From Lingula anatina (Eukaryota > Animalia > Brachiopoda), in the NCBI GenBank assembly GCA_051362555.1, contig CM120649.1, positions 5,704,001 to 5,768,000 of the forward strand: 64,000 bases of DNA, given 5' to 3'. The notes below the pieces were generated by a model. It had not been told where the DNA came from, did not search any database, and saw nothing but the letters and a program-made list of their open reading frames with translations. Positions 14,801 through 29,200 of the stretch are shown piece after piece. Numbering within the stretch: position 1 is the first letter of the stretch; each line of letters starts with the position of its first letter. A program made the position numbers and the translations under genes.

Positions 14801-17181
14801 CGATGCTCCGAAGGTTCATTGGTCTGAAAATGGTAACATTTTCAATGGTTTTTCAATCTAGGGCTCATTGGTCTGAGGGTTCTATAGTGAACATTCGGAC
14901 CAATGAACCTTTGGACTAATGAACCTTCAGAATATTGCTACGGCCCCTTCGGTGGGATGCTGTGTTATTAAATTACATCAATTTCACCTTTATGTACTTG
15001 AGAAAAGACTCATTTATACCTTTCTGTCTGTGTTGGACTGTGGCTCCGACATACTTCCAGTGCTCAGTCTGGTGTCAGGGCTACGCACAGGGACTGCAGG
15101 GGGTGGCTGCTTTGTGCCCTGGGGATCAGTCTGGAAAAGTTTCGGATATATTGCATATTAGTTATTGCTTAGGTTTTGATATACTTCAGTTTAGTAAGTG
15201 ACAAATTGAAGGGGTAGAGTGGGCACAGAACTCTAACGCTTCCACACACCCCTTCTTGCTTTTATTTATTTATTTATTTATTATTAATTTTTTTTTTTGC
15301 TTGTTTGTTTGTTCATTCATACCTTTTTTTAATTAATTTATTTATTCATTTATTTGTTCATTCATTCTTTCATTCATCGTTCATTCATTCATTCATTCAT
15401 TCATTCATTCATTCATACCCGTCTCCTATGAAATTCCAAACTATATATATTTTTTTCTACAAGTGCTCTCCTGGAAACATGCATAAGTGTTAACTAGCCT
15501 GGTTTCATAACTGTTCTCACACAAAAGCCACATACTGTGTTATCACATACAAGTATAAAGTTCCAACACCTGTTCTAAACAGATTTGTATAGCTGAAATA
15601 CTAGTACATTGTACTAAATAATTAAATAGATCCATTTTACAGCAGGGGTTCCTTTCATTTAGACCTGTCAAGCCAAACATCTGGTGGCCCGTCCTAGCTT
15701 TCTTAACCCTTAGTAAGAAATGTTATAATTTAATGTTATTCTCTATGATACTTAGTTTTTATACAAAACTGATACTTCAAATCAATGCTGACACAAAGCA
15801 TCAATTAATTTATATCAGTTTTTTTGCACTGACAAGGTGTAAAATAAATGAACAATTTGAATATAAAAACAGACACATGTATGACCCTTATATATCTTCC
15901 ATGCCAACATACTTTTTCCCTTCTTTAACAACTCACCTTTTCTTAATAGCAGGTTCAAAATTAAATTTCAATTCCACTCAATTTAAAATGTATGGCAATT
16001 ATGGCACTGGAGCTATTTGAAAAAGAGACATTACCTCAATCTACTCAACGCACCACATTATTGATGCTAATAAAATCTCCCAGTGCAGACAAATGTGTAT
16101 AATTAGAAACAATTCAGTAAATGTAGGTCATCCTCAACGTAAACTTCTGACTATATCTTAAACAACATGTAACATTCTAAAAGGAAATCTGTTACGTATT
16201 TACAGACGTATATCAAAACATAGCATGCATACATTTTGCCAGCCAAAGTTGTTCATTTGGAAACAAAATGTACAGCAGGCCTGTAGCTAGAAATTTAAAT
16301 GGGAGTCCTTTATTCAGAAAAAAATCTTTTTAATAGCTTAATTAGAACTTGGATCAAACTTTGTTTCAGCGAAGGCTTTTTATGGACAAAGGGGCTATTT
16401 ACTGACCCCCTCTTTTCAGATTTGCACCATATTTCCTAACTGGCGGAAAGATATCTTCAGCCACAATAAGATAAAATCTAAAATCATTCATGCAGGTATA
16501 TTAACTAGCACTAACAGTTATTTACAATCATGGGCAAAAATCGGGCAAGTTTCCACTCTGAAATTTCATAGAAATTCAAATCATTTATAAATGTAATTAC
16601 TGATAAACCTAACTGCAAACTGTCTTGATTTCTAATCAAACACAGGTTTATTTGGAATATTTAGCTCCCAGTCAATTAAGACACTCATAGTATCTGGCCA
16701 CATGAAAAGTATATGCCTTGCAAATTTCTCTCATCTTCCATTGTACATGTAATATACACATTCAGTCTTGGCCATTGACTCCTGTCCAAATTAATTCAAA
16801 CTGTTCAAAATTCAGATCTATTTACCTGTATGCTTGAATCCTATTGCCTAGTTCATGGTTCATAATTGACCTCAATAAGAATGATGGGCGAGGTCTTCTA
16901 AATTGACACAATTAACACATTTACATTTCTCAGACATACTCATTTTAAATGCACAGAGAACCACGTTTTCATGATAATTATATGATAATGATATGTTTAT
17001 GATATACAAATGACAGTGTTCTTGACACTTCTGCTCATTGCAACTAAAACAGAACACGTGTGACACATCATATTGAGGACATTAAACTGTAGATAATCTC
17101 ACAGATTGCCTGCTATTTTATTATTGTTGTCTTGTTTGTATGGAGAATGAGAGGGAATGAGGCTGGAGAGCATTTGTGTGA

Positions 17182-17251
<70 letters not shown>

Positions 17252-20200
17252 CAGAGGGAGAGAGATATATAGAGAGAAAGAAGGGGGTCAGCACCTTTGC
17301 TTCTTGTACAAAGTGTAAGTACTCTTCTCTGGTCAGGCCAATAGGTATAGGTGGCGCTGGTGGCAGGTGCTCGAATGACATTTTCCTGTCTTCTCCTTTT
17401 GATTAAACAATACAAAGACCATCAATACCACAGCTGGGTAATAAATAAATCTGCATTAATTTCCTTATGATCAGATCAAAAATTTGGTTTTTAGACTTCT
17501 GACAGTTGTGCCAAACCATAAGCAAACTATGGATGCAGGACTATTATTATGACATACATGTACCACAAGTTTCATATTAATTTTGTAAAAAATAAAATGC
17601 ATCTAGTATACAGATTGTTATTTATATGTATAATTATAGTATTCCAGATGGTGAAAATTTTAATTGCCATAATGGACCAGCGGTACAGTTTTACCTGGGA
17701 AAAGATGGGAGATGGCATAGGCTGCTTCCTCTGAACTGGGAGGCGGGACTCTCTCTCTGATTGACACCTGACTGATTCCATCTCTTTTAATGTTGCCATA
17801 AACATGATGGTCACTCCCAAAAACTTCATCATCGCTGCCCGCCATTGGCATGTAGTGTGTCTGCTCAGTGCTGGTTTCCATGGCAACATCAAATGAACCA
17901 TCCATTGGTTGATAATAGACATTGTCTGGAGTCTTTTCATCATCGTACTGATCCAAAATGGAGTCCAGAGCCTCTATTGAACGTCTGTTTTCTTCTTTCC
18001 TATAAATTGCAGTTTGTTCGGGGTTAAAAGGATTAAGTTTATGCCAATCAAAATGTCTTTCGACAAATTGAGAAAGCAAATCTTAAATTCTCATAATATC
18101 AGTGTGACAGAATATTGCACCTCATCTGTACATAAGCACTTGTAAAAGATAGTCAATTAGTGGAAACACACCAGTGTTGAGAGACTTTATTGCAACTAGA
18201 TTTTTCTAAAACTTTGATCTAAATTCACAACTTTTGTTCAGTCTCTGATTTGTTAAAAATCTGATGTAAATTATAAATAAGAAACTGATAACTGGTGTAA
18301 TATTAGCATCCATCATGTAATTGACTTTCTGCAAACTTTTAAAAGTAAAATAAACAAATGCTACTGGGAGAAAAAAGTATATATCGAAGTCTCAAACCGT
18401 TTTATTTCTTCCAGAGTCTTCCTCCTGTTTTCCGCTTCTACTTCCTCTTCCTGTCTCTGTATATCCTGTACTCGAAGAGAGTCCAACTGGGAGAACACAG
18501 CCACACAAGTGTCATAAACACCCTGCAAGAACTGGCTGACATAGCAGTCCTGCTGTCTCTTTACTGCCAGTTTTCTGGAGTATTTTCTTCTTTCCATCCA
18601 TCCTCTCACAACTGAAATAATCAGAAGAATGGCAGTGTAATTGTGCAGGCCCTTAGCCAGCAATTTCAAATGGGGGTGGGGGTCTTTTTTTCTGAAAATC
18701 AAATCTTTTGTAGCAAGTTGAGACATGGCACAGGACTTATATCCAATTTGGATTCAAATCTAACTTTTTCTTTCTAATCCCCCGAACCCTCCTCCCAAAA
18801 TTATGAGCCTGTTCTGCTGACTTATTGCTTTACAATATTCATTTATATGTTAGTAATGAAAGCCACTAAACAAAAAAAAAATGGAAAAAATTAGAGATAT
18901 TTTGAATGTGAACATTCTCATGGGAACCCTATCTCACCTTTCTGAGCAAGAAGGACTTTTCTCTGAAGGGTTTCTATCACCTTGTCAAGCTGTTCCACGT
19001 GCCAGTAGCGAAAGAACAGCTTTGTGTGGCCAACCTGATATCAAGTGAAGACATATAGCAAACCAAGTGGGTGAAAGTAAGTCAGTCTGAGTCACTTATT
19101 ATATTTAGATAAACTGTCATTGCAGGTGTGTTATTCTGGTAGTTTTATTGTGTATTATGTAGTAAGAGCACTTAAAAACAAGCCCTGTAAACAATTTTTG
19201 AAAATACATTAATACAATGTACTTATCCAAAGAATAAATATTAAGTAAATATCAACTGATGTATCTCTGTTCATTGTTCTTTTGTCTTTATTTGGTGCAC
19301 TAGCTGTAATACCATGTACCTGGTAATCTTGTAATTTCACATTCTGCAAGGCCTGCTTGCATTTTTGTAGAGGAGTCATGTGACCAGTTTCCAAGGGAAC
19401 ACAGCAGAGTGACAACACGTCATATCTGAAAACATATGCAGCATTTCAGGTATAAAATAAAACATTCAGATGAAAGAACATTCAAGTTTAACAACATATA
19501 ATATTGCCTAAATGACTTTGCAGAAAATAAAATTATTGCAAATTAGAATTTATATTAATTTTACATATAATTAATTTTATACAATATAATATATTGTGTT
19601 CTATTCAATTCCATTTTACAGAGTCTGACTTTTTTCAAATGCATTTGATATATTAGATTTCATACATTATAAAGCATACTTCATGTTATTATTAAAAGTA
19701 TGAACCAATACAATTATTATCATGATAATTTTAACAATCATTACCATTGTACAAATATGCTTCAGTAAATAATATTACAAGTAAAAAATTATCATTTTTT
19801 TATTTTTCTTCCTTTTCTCATTCTAATATTATTTATCCACTTATTTCATCTATTATTATTATGTTATAATTATTATTTTTCAAAAAATTAGAATTACCTG
19901 GTAAGGAAATCCTCACAGGAGATCCTCATGGCATAGCCCCGTTGTCTTAGTTTCACGGTTTCCATGACACCAGAATACCTGAGCTGCGCCAGCACATACT
20001 CAGGCACACAGACAAGGGCGGTCTTATCCATGTTGGGCTTGATGCAGCGGATAAAGTGAGGGCTGGCCGAGTTCATTTTGGCCATCAGATCTGCTAGAGA
20101 ATTCTGTAACACAACATAAAAGTGGCTTGAGTTCATCTTTCCAGAAAGGATCCATTCTAATACTGATTTAATTATCTTGTTGCCAATCATATTATGACAT

Positions 20201-23200
20201 TTTGACTTTATACCAGTATGCTCAAAATCCATTTTGAATTTTTATGAAGAAATCACTCAGGCAAATCTAATATCTTTAATTTGTTTCATATTATAATGCT
20301 CTTCCATAAAATTCAATGTCCAACAAATTAACACCAGAAATAGATAATCTCACCATTTTAAGAAAAAATAATAAAACAATGAAAAAAATTGTTCTTACAA
20401 AAAATACAGTTAAGCATCCTTTCACCTTTGAATATTATGTTATTCCAAAATTCTTAACTTATGGACTCATACACAGGTTATGCAAAGATGATTGATCAAA
20501 TCTCTTCATTATATCTACCATTATAAGCACACAGTTCTGATACCTTAAAATGATATGCCACCGTCAGCGCCCCCTTTCTTTCTGTTCCCATGACAGGTCG
20601 CTCTCGTTTGTTCCTGGCCTTACCAAACTGGAATTGATATTTACAAAACTTAATCAGGCACAACTCATTTTTGTCATCATTTAACACAATCAAATGCACT
20701 GATTTCTCACCCTCCTGGTTTAATCAACATAACACAATCCAATCTGATTTTGATTAAGACATTGCAAAAACACAGTCATGCTCATCCACGTACAAACACA
20801 CATATACATACATGTACATTAATAAACACACACATATATCTGATACATTTACCACAAACACATATACATTCAGCTGAGCATAAATGTTACTATGATCATA
20901 ATGCATGGTGATACACATGTGCAAGCTCATCCAAATTCACAGTGCACATGCACATACTCTCAAATAACACTTCCACACACACACACACACACAAATACAT
21001 CCACACACATACAAGTACACATGCAAGCCTGCACACACATGCATATGTGCATACATACAAATACACAGTGATAAACTCTGACAACTACCTTGCTTTCCTT
21101 CCTACTTTTCCTCTTCTGGAAGAATTCAAAGGCCGACTTGGTGCCAGAAATCTTCCTGGATTTCTGTTGTCTAGTGCTGGGAGCCAGGGAGCCGGTCCTG
21201 GTTACTTTACCTTGGAACATTTCCTTGATTTGAAGGCTATCACTGGCTGGAGGAGATGAAAAATACCCAAATAACAGATTGATGCCTTCTGTTGTATTAA
21301 ACTTAAGGAACAGTGCTGAAATCTTTGCCGGTAAACATTTCCCAAATATTAAGCCCATCAGAGGTGATTGATAATACTGTAAAGCAATAATGTAGACACC
21401 AAAGGGATAGAGATCAGACGGATGCAGATGACAGATATACCAGTCCTGTATTTCTAGATACAATGTTTCAATCTTTCCATAAAAAATATGGAGATTGTGT
21501 ATAGATTTGATGCCATCTGTAATACTGGATTTACTACAACTGAACAATAAAAAATATAATTATAACAATGATCTCACTTTTCATGGTAAAGAGTATAGAG
21601 GTTGGAAGGGAGTCCCTGTTCTTATCCAGTATTCCACACACATCATACTGAACTTTGCCTGCATAGTGCATCACAGCAAAGGTGGGGCCTCCATCCCTGG
21701 GGGGCAGGTAGATCCCTGGGGAGGTCTTACCTGAAAGTTACAGTGTACCCATTGTGTACTAAGACAGTAGATCCCTACTAGGGAGACCTTATATTTAAGG
21801 AAAAAGAGTATCTTATATATTGACAAAGTAGGACAACAAGTTTAATGTTGACCTTTAAGTGTGCAGTGTATTATGTCGATCCTTAAAAATTGTAATTTCG
21901 TACAGATCTGATGCCGATAGATGACACAGTACTGTAACATTATTAATGGTCAACCCTGAAAATTTCAAGTGTTAAAATGAAACATTCTTAATATTATCAC
22001 CACATCAAAAATAAACTGACGGGTGTCAAAACTGTCAGACACTGACACCTCAGAAGTCAAACAGACCAGCATGATATTTTTTACTTAAGATTTTTAATTT
22101 TTCAGAGTGCCAATCTAAGAAAGGTTTTCCTTTGAGCCATTTATTTTCAGCATTTATGTAAAACAATGGTTTCCCAAAAACATACTTAATTTCAGTTGTC
22201 TTTAAAACTGTTGAGGTTATCAAACTTTGAAATTATTTATTTATTTTTTTCAAATATGCCAATGCAACTAGATGAGGCAGCAGTCCCCAGGGTTAGCCAG
22301 GTCCCTGGGGTATCTTAACCTCTCTTGAAAATAGTTCCCAATGACTACTCCTGAACATTAACATAAAACATAAAAATTTACTGACAAAATTTTCAAATTG
22401 AAAGTAGTTTTATTTTATTTTCCCCTAAAGAAACCATTCTAATACTGATTTAATTATCTTGCTGCCAATCATATTATGATATTTGACTTAAATATGCCGG
22501 TATGCTTGAAATCAATTTTGAATTTTTATCAAGTTTTGCAAACCACGACTCCTATTACCTGGTCCCTGATGTAGCTTCCTGGCCAGAGTAAGATCTGTCG
22601 CCTTGGGGAAGTGACTCTCTTCATCCAAGATTGAGAAGATGCCTTGTGGTTTCTGTGTAAGATGAACATAAAAGGAAAGATATTAGACCATTGCTAAATT
22701 ATTACATGTTAGTGCACAGCAGTTAGGTCATTAAAATTCATTGTTACCAGACCCAAAGTGTCCTACAGTATATGGCATGACACAAACATTCAGATAATAT
22801 GATCTGAAATAAGGGTAGTTAACAATTGGGATAGATGTCATTAACAAAACTATGATGCAACTGATCATCATATTATAACAAGCATGTGTAAGGCTGTATT
22901 CCCAGAGCTTTTAGATTGATCTATCCTGCGGGGAGTCTCACTAGATTAGGCCACACTTTTTTATTTTTATGGATGACATCCTGCGCGCGCACCGATTTTC
23001 GTCCGTTCTCCAAAAAAAAAAAAAAAAAATCACCCCCCCCCATCGAAGTCGGTTGTCGCAAACGTCGTTATTGAATTTGCCGGAAAATGTGCTTTCTGCG
23101 CATGCGTATTACTACCACGTGGAAATATGGCCGCTTTGCCATCAAATTCATCTCTAGGATTACTTTCAAATTACAGGACAATTAATTATATAAAGTCATA

Positions 23201-26200
23201 AAGAGAACGGGGCCGTCGTTTTGGATTGTTATGCCATTGATATTGGGCATGGAGATATCCACTTTTTTTACAATTATGCGAAAGGCTGGCGGCGGCCAGC
23301 AATTATCGCCCGGAAAATGTCAGTGATATTCTGTCCAAAGCAACACATACCAGGTTTTTTTGTAGCGAAAAAAAAGGGTCGACAGTGCGTCAAGGTATTT
23401 GGTGGGCTGTAGGTCGGTCAGGCCACCCGACAGTTTGGCTGCTTCATGTGAGTCGAAGTTGACCAAATGGCATCGACCGAAATGACCTTTTATAGAATTG
23501 GTAGTATTAAGCATATCTTTGCATCATTTTTTAATATTTCTGTGTAGTGTTCATAATGCTTTAATATTCTGAGAGTACAAATAAAGACATGCTGTTTGTT
23601 TGATATTTGTTTTATTGATTGTTATACCAACAAAATGCATGAAATAACCTTAAATAAATTGGGTAATATGCAGCATGTCTATCAGGCCCGTAGCCAGCAA
23701 TTTCAAAAGGGGGGGGGGGGGTTCATTTTTTGAAAAAGTGGACCATTTTCCATAAAAACTTAATGTATCTAGATCAAATTTTACCCAGAGTGGACCTTTT
23801 CCCAGCAAAAGGGGTGGTTCTTTCTAACCCCCTGGCTATGGGCCCGTCTATTCATGACATTTTTTTATCTTTCTACGAAGTATTCACAATGCTTTAATAT
23901 TTTGAGAGCATGGATAAAGACATATTGTTAGTATGATACGTGTTTCTGTGGTAAATTTGTGTTTCCAGCTATGTACTGACACCATTCCTTTAGCCGCATT
24001 TTTTGGACTGTTTTTTTTTTTTTTTTTCGCCCTCTCGCACCGATTTCGGGGTCCCCAGAGGATGTCATCCATAAAAATAAAAAAGTGTGGCCTTACTGTC
24101 AGATAATCCGGCTTAAATGTCCGTCCCGCCTACTACAAGCTGTAAGGGGGTAATTAACTTTCGTGTCCGATTGGCTGACAGCTATTTAGCTTGAACCCCC
24201 ATGGAGTTAGGTTGATCTAAAGTAGATCGATCTAATCTCTGGAAATGGGGTCTAAGAAGCTAATTCATTCATGTAAGAAGAAAAAGAACACTTTACAATG
24301 ACAGATCAAATGGCAATCACAGCCATAGGCTAAGAAAAATGCTTGGGTGGATCACCGCATTGCAAGCATTAACTACAATAGCAGGGTAGGGTGAATAAGA
24401 ACTTTTTTGAAAACTTTACAGGCAGGTATTTTTATAGGCAAAATGGGTCAAAAAGTCCATTTCTGGTGTAAATTTCAGCTATGAGTATTATTAAGGTCAA
24501 TGAATTCAACATTTTTGGAATGCAAATAAAACCTGTGAATAAACCTGTATTGAATAGGATTGGGTGAAAATCAAACATTTTGATTAACAGGTGCTTTCTA
24601 TGGCAGAAATTGATGCTTAACACATATCTGTGAACTTTGTTTCAGAACAAACAAGTAACATTTTCAAAAATCTTAGGGTTAGGGGGTGTGAATACAGCCT
24701 TAATTGACAACCATAAGGTGCAGAAAAACATTTTTCTCAATACAGTAAGCAAAGGCTTTAAGGCCAGTAGTAGGGTAAACTACACTGAAAACCATGTTTT
24801 TAAAGTTTTTTGTGTTTATGTTAATCAAAAAAGTATCTTACGTTGGATGTAATAATTTTTTTTGAATTTGCATCACAAAATGTGTCTTTTGACGACTAAG
24901 CCATGCCTCTGTTGCTAAGGGCCATTGCCATGAGGGGGCGGAGCATAGTTACTGAGTTATTGGTCGATTACGTGTGCAGTAATAGGTCATAAGTCTTACA
25001 TCAGCTAAGCACTGAAGAAGTCAAGTACGCTATGGGGAAGAGAAAAGTTTGTGTTTTAACACAATTTTTAAAAAAATGCATTTCCAGAGGAAAGAAAGAA
25101 AATCAGACCTATTTATAAAATAATTAATAACTTCATGTTGGCCTTAAGTACGGTGAATGATCTGGTATTAGACGCAATCCACAGTAAAATGCCGACGCAA
25201 CTTTTACATGCTTCAAAAGATAGGAATAGATACATTTTTACAATCAACACGCTCGTGGTTTCAAAATTCACCCACACTCTGTCATTTTATTCAAAAGCCT
25301 CTCAGCCACTTTTACTGCTGATTCTTGTGCAGCTGAGCGTCTCCCCTTTATCTTAGCTGGCATTTCGAGAGATACCGCTCTGAAGTAATCACTGGATTTT
25401 TCCGTTGACCTGACAATTACCAAGTGCCATGAAAATAATCCTGTGGCGTTACCTGTCAAAAACTCATATTTACACAAGCGATGGCCATTTGCTCTCAACA
25501 GACACTTTCATCTGATCACTTTGCAGAGAAGGAATCTCCCAGGTAAAATTATTCAATTGCCGAGGAAGACCCATTGAAACGTTCAAATACAACTTCACAC
25601 CTCTTAATTGCGGTTACACATAATTGCCTTTGTTAGCACTTCCTTCAACATATCCTTGACACCCTACTTGACATCACTAGGCTAGGGCCCTCTCCAGAGC
25701 TGTTAATCAAAATGGCAGCACGCTTACAAGTCTAACATGTGATCAGAAAATGTATTAAAAGCACGATTTTCTGGCATTTCAAAGAACCCAAAAAAATATT
25801 TTTAGATGACAATTAATGAGCAATAGTTCCAAGTGATCGTTCCCTGTGAATGTTTTTGGCGGTTTTAACAGCTTTCCAGATTGACGAGATAAGTGAATCG
25901 GTTTCAGGTATATCTCCCTATCTAAGCAACTGATCGTTATGAAAATTGCACTAATTGTTGTTGAAAATGTGGACTACTGTCTGATGCCAAGGGTGTTGGT
26001 GGAAATTGTTTGAAAGTTATCGTCTTTTGAAGTGTATAACCCATTGAAATATGGGGTAATTTAATGTAAAAGATGATAAAATCAAAAGTAAATCGTTTAA
26101 AGGGATAATAACTCTTAGTTTTGGCCAAAAAATGAATTTTCCTGGAGTAAACAACAATTTTCCATACTTACCAATGGTTAATGAATCCATTTTTACATTC

Positions 26201-29200
26201 AAAGTTAGTCCCTGGTTTTTTCCTAAAAAGTTTGGTATTTGTTAAAAACTCTTAAGAGATTTTAACAGAGTATAGCCATCAATGGAGGTCACGTGGTCTT
26301 AAGACAAGTTCAGATATCAGAATAATAGCTATAACTGCCGTTTTTGTGGTAAAACAGAATATATTATATTTCTATGAGTTATTCACAATGATTTTATTGT
26401 GAAATATAGATCTCATACGAAGAGTTATTATCCCTTTACGACAATTCCCTGGTACCAGATTGAAGTGCTTTCAACCAGTTTTATGAGGTCGTTTGAATCA
26501 CTTGAATAGCTGTCTTGATTATAGAAAAAATCCCAATCCGAAAATGGCATTTTTCCCCCCAAATTGGCGCTATAGTGTCATCCTTTGGACACTGCACTTA
26601 ATCTCTGTCTTTAATTGGCCTTTTGGGAAGTATGTTTTAATTTTTTATAAATACTTATAAGCCCAAGGCATTGTTTCTATGCCTTTGGTCGTTTTACTAC
26701 TAGTGGCCTTAATAATGGAAACCCCAGACATGCTATAGATTTTTTAACAAAAGAGCAGAAAAGAAGTATAAACAATCAGCAGGGTCATGAACAACCTAAT
26801 GCGTCACATCCTCAGCTGACACCTAGAGTCAACAGGAATTGCACCTAGAAAAATTGACGTTCTTCGCAACCTTCTGAACAAAGGTATGATACAATTGGTC
26901 ACCTTATTATAACATATTTGTAAGAAGCAAATTCACTGATGAAAGAAGAAAAGGTACATTTCACAATGACAGAACAAATGTAATAATCGCCATAGGCTGA
27001 AAAAAACTTGGGTGGGGCAGCTGTTGAAGTCCCATATATTCCATACATGCAACCTAGTTATTTGTACATAATGTGGTACTAAATATCTAGATACTGACTG
27101 AAGGAAAAGAAAGAGACTTATAATAGACTAGGAGAATAGAAAAAGCTTATATACTTTATAAAGAGCAATTATATTTTTTTCAAAAATCTTCAGTGGGAGG
27201 AGGGAAAGAGCAGAGTAACAGCCCTTACAACTGTAAGGTGCAAAAAACATTGTATCAATTTGCTAAATTATTAATGCTACAATCGATACCTCAGCTGTTC
27301 TGAGTCATGAACAATGCAATACATAATAACCTCAACCGACCCCTTGAGTCGACAGGAACTGCTTTTAGAAAATTTGACATTTTTCATTAAATTTAGTAAG
27401 ATTCAGTTTATAATCCACCTTGATAGGAGCAGACACCATGACTAGATTAATAAATTAAGATAGGTATTGTATATTGTATGGATTCAGTTTTTAAAATTAC
27501 AGAAAAATGTCAAGATTATAATATTTGCTGCACAATGTGTTAAGTTCACAAATATAATCCCCAGACTTGTTAATCAATTTTATTGAAGTCGTTTGCTTGT
27601 GCACTCAACTTGTTTCATGGCTTTACCTGTAATTATATAACGTAAGTGGACGTGTGCAATTTTAATAATTAAAATTAGTATGTACCACCAAATAGTGAAA
27701 CACGGATAAAAAATATGTATTTCAGACATTCAGAATTAATACCTGGGGGTTCTGATTAAGGGAAACTTTGGGGAGACCAATCAGGAGAGCTAGTGTAACC
27801 GTGGCATGACAACAAATGTATTGTCCTTTTAGAAAAATCTTTATTCGTACTATCTACACAGCCGATCACTGGTGTATCTCACTTTGAATTACGCGCCAAC
27901 CGCTTTTATAGTCCAGGGTCACATGACCCACGTGACATAAAAAGGGCGCTAACACCACTATGCATATTCATATCATATATTTATATACAAGAGCTATTTA
28001 TAATAAGACACTTATATCAATGTACGCTACAATATACTATTACATATATATATATATATATATTTATACCCGTGAATACATGAAATACATGTACCCTATT
28101 ACACTAGGAAAATGGAAGCGAGCCATGGGAGATGTTTTAGAAGTTGGAGACCTCGCGTAGATGATGTAGTTGGAGAGCATCAACAAATAAACCATTAAAC
28201 TGGTCTTTATGTGTCCTGGGATCTTTCAGCGACTTCAGCTGACATGAACCATGGAATTGCGGATTGCATTTTGAGCTTTATAAAAGTTATAACTACCTAA
28301 GTATATAAAAGGTTCTCATTACAAATGGTTGCATGTGTATTTCAATCACAGATAAATAACAGTGGCATATTGAAAGTGCATTGGTTGTAATTAAGAGTAA
28401 ATGACTCTGGATTACATTATTTTGCTATATGTGATGACCATACGTTGCACATATACTGTCCAAAATTCCCTTTTTGTATGTAGGCTCATGGTGGTTGTTT
28501 GACATATGAAGTCCTATGGATTCATGGCCATAATACCATCTATTATTTGACAATTTTTTTTAATTGTATGTACACAGGATGTAGCAATATTAGACTTTAT
28601 AAATGGGTTTACTAACACTACTCACAGATCTTTTAGCACTAACATCCATATTAACCACATAACCCATAAATTAACCAGCACTACCAAAGCAGATGAATGT
28701 TAGTGCTATGTATCATTTTGTTGGTGCTAAATAATTGTAAGGTGTGTTGGATAATTAGTCACATATCGTCACAGTCTCAAATGAAGCCCTAAGTCAGCTG
28801 TGTATGTTTACATTATGAATGGCAAGTCATTTCTCTTACATGACCTTGAAGTCAGGTTGCCATGAAAAAAGTGGGTTTGTCAGTTGAAAAACCATCATAC
28901 AGATCCCAATCAATCTGTGTTTAATTGTAGTACACCTTCAACACTGATGGTAGACATATTGGAGTACAGCTCTTGCACATTTTTTAGCTCTTATGTGGTC
29001 AAGATAAAGATATTTGTTACTTCAAATTCATACAACTAAATTACAGTGATTGTTCAACATCTTTACTATTATTATGCTTCCTACAACAATTCCCACAACA
29101 ATTTTACAACTCTGTGTTTCAAGATAAAGTACATAATCCTGCCTTGATGCAAAATCACAAGTTCACCAGACAATACACATACAGGAATTATGCAATGTCA

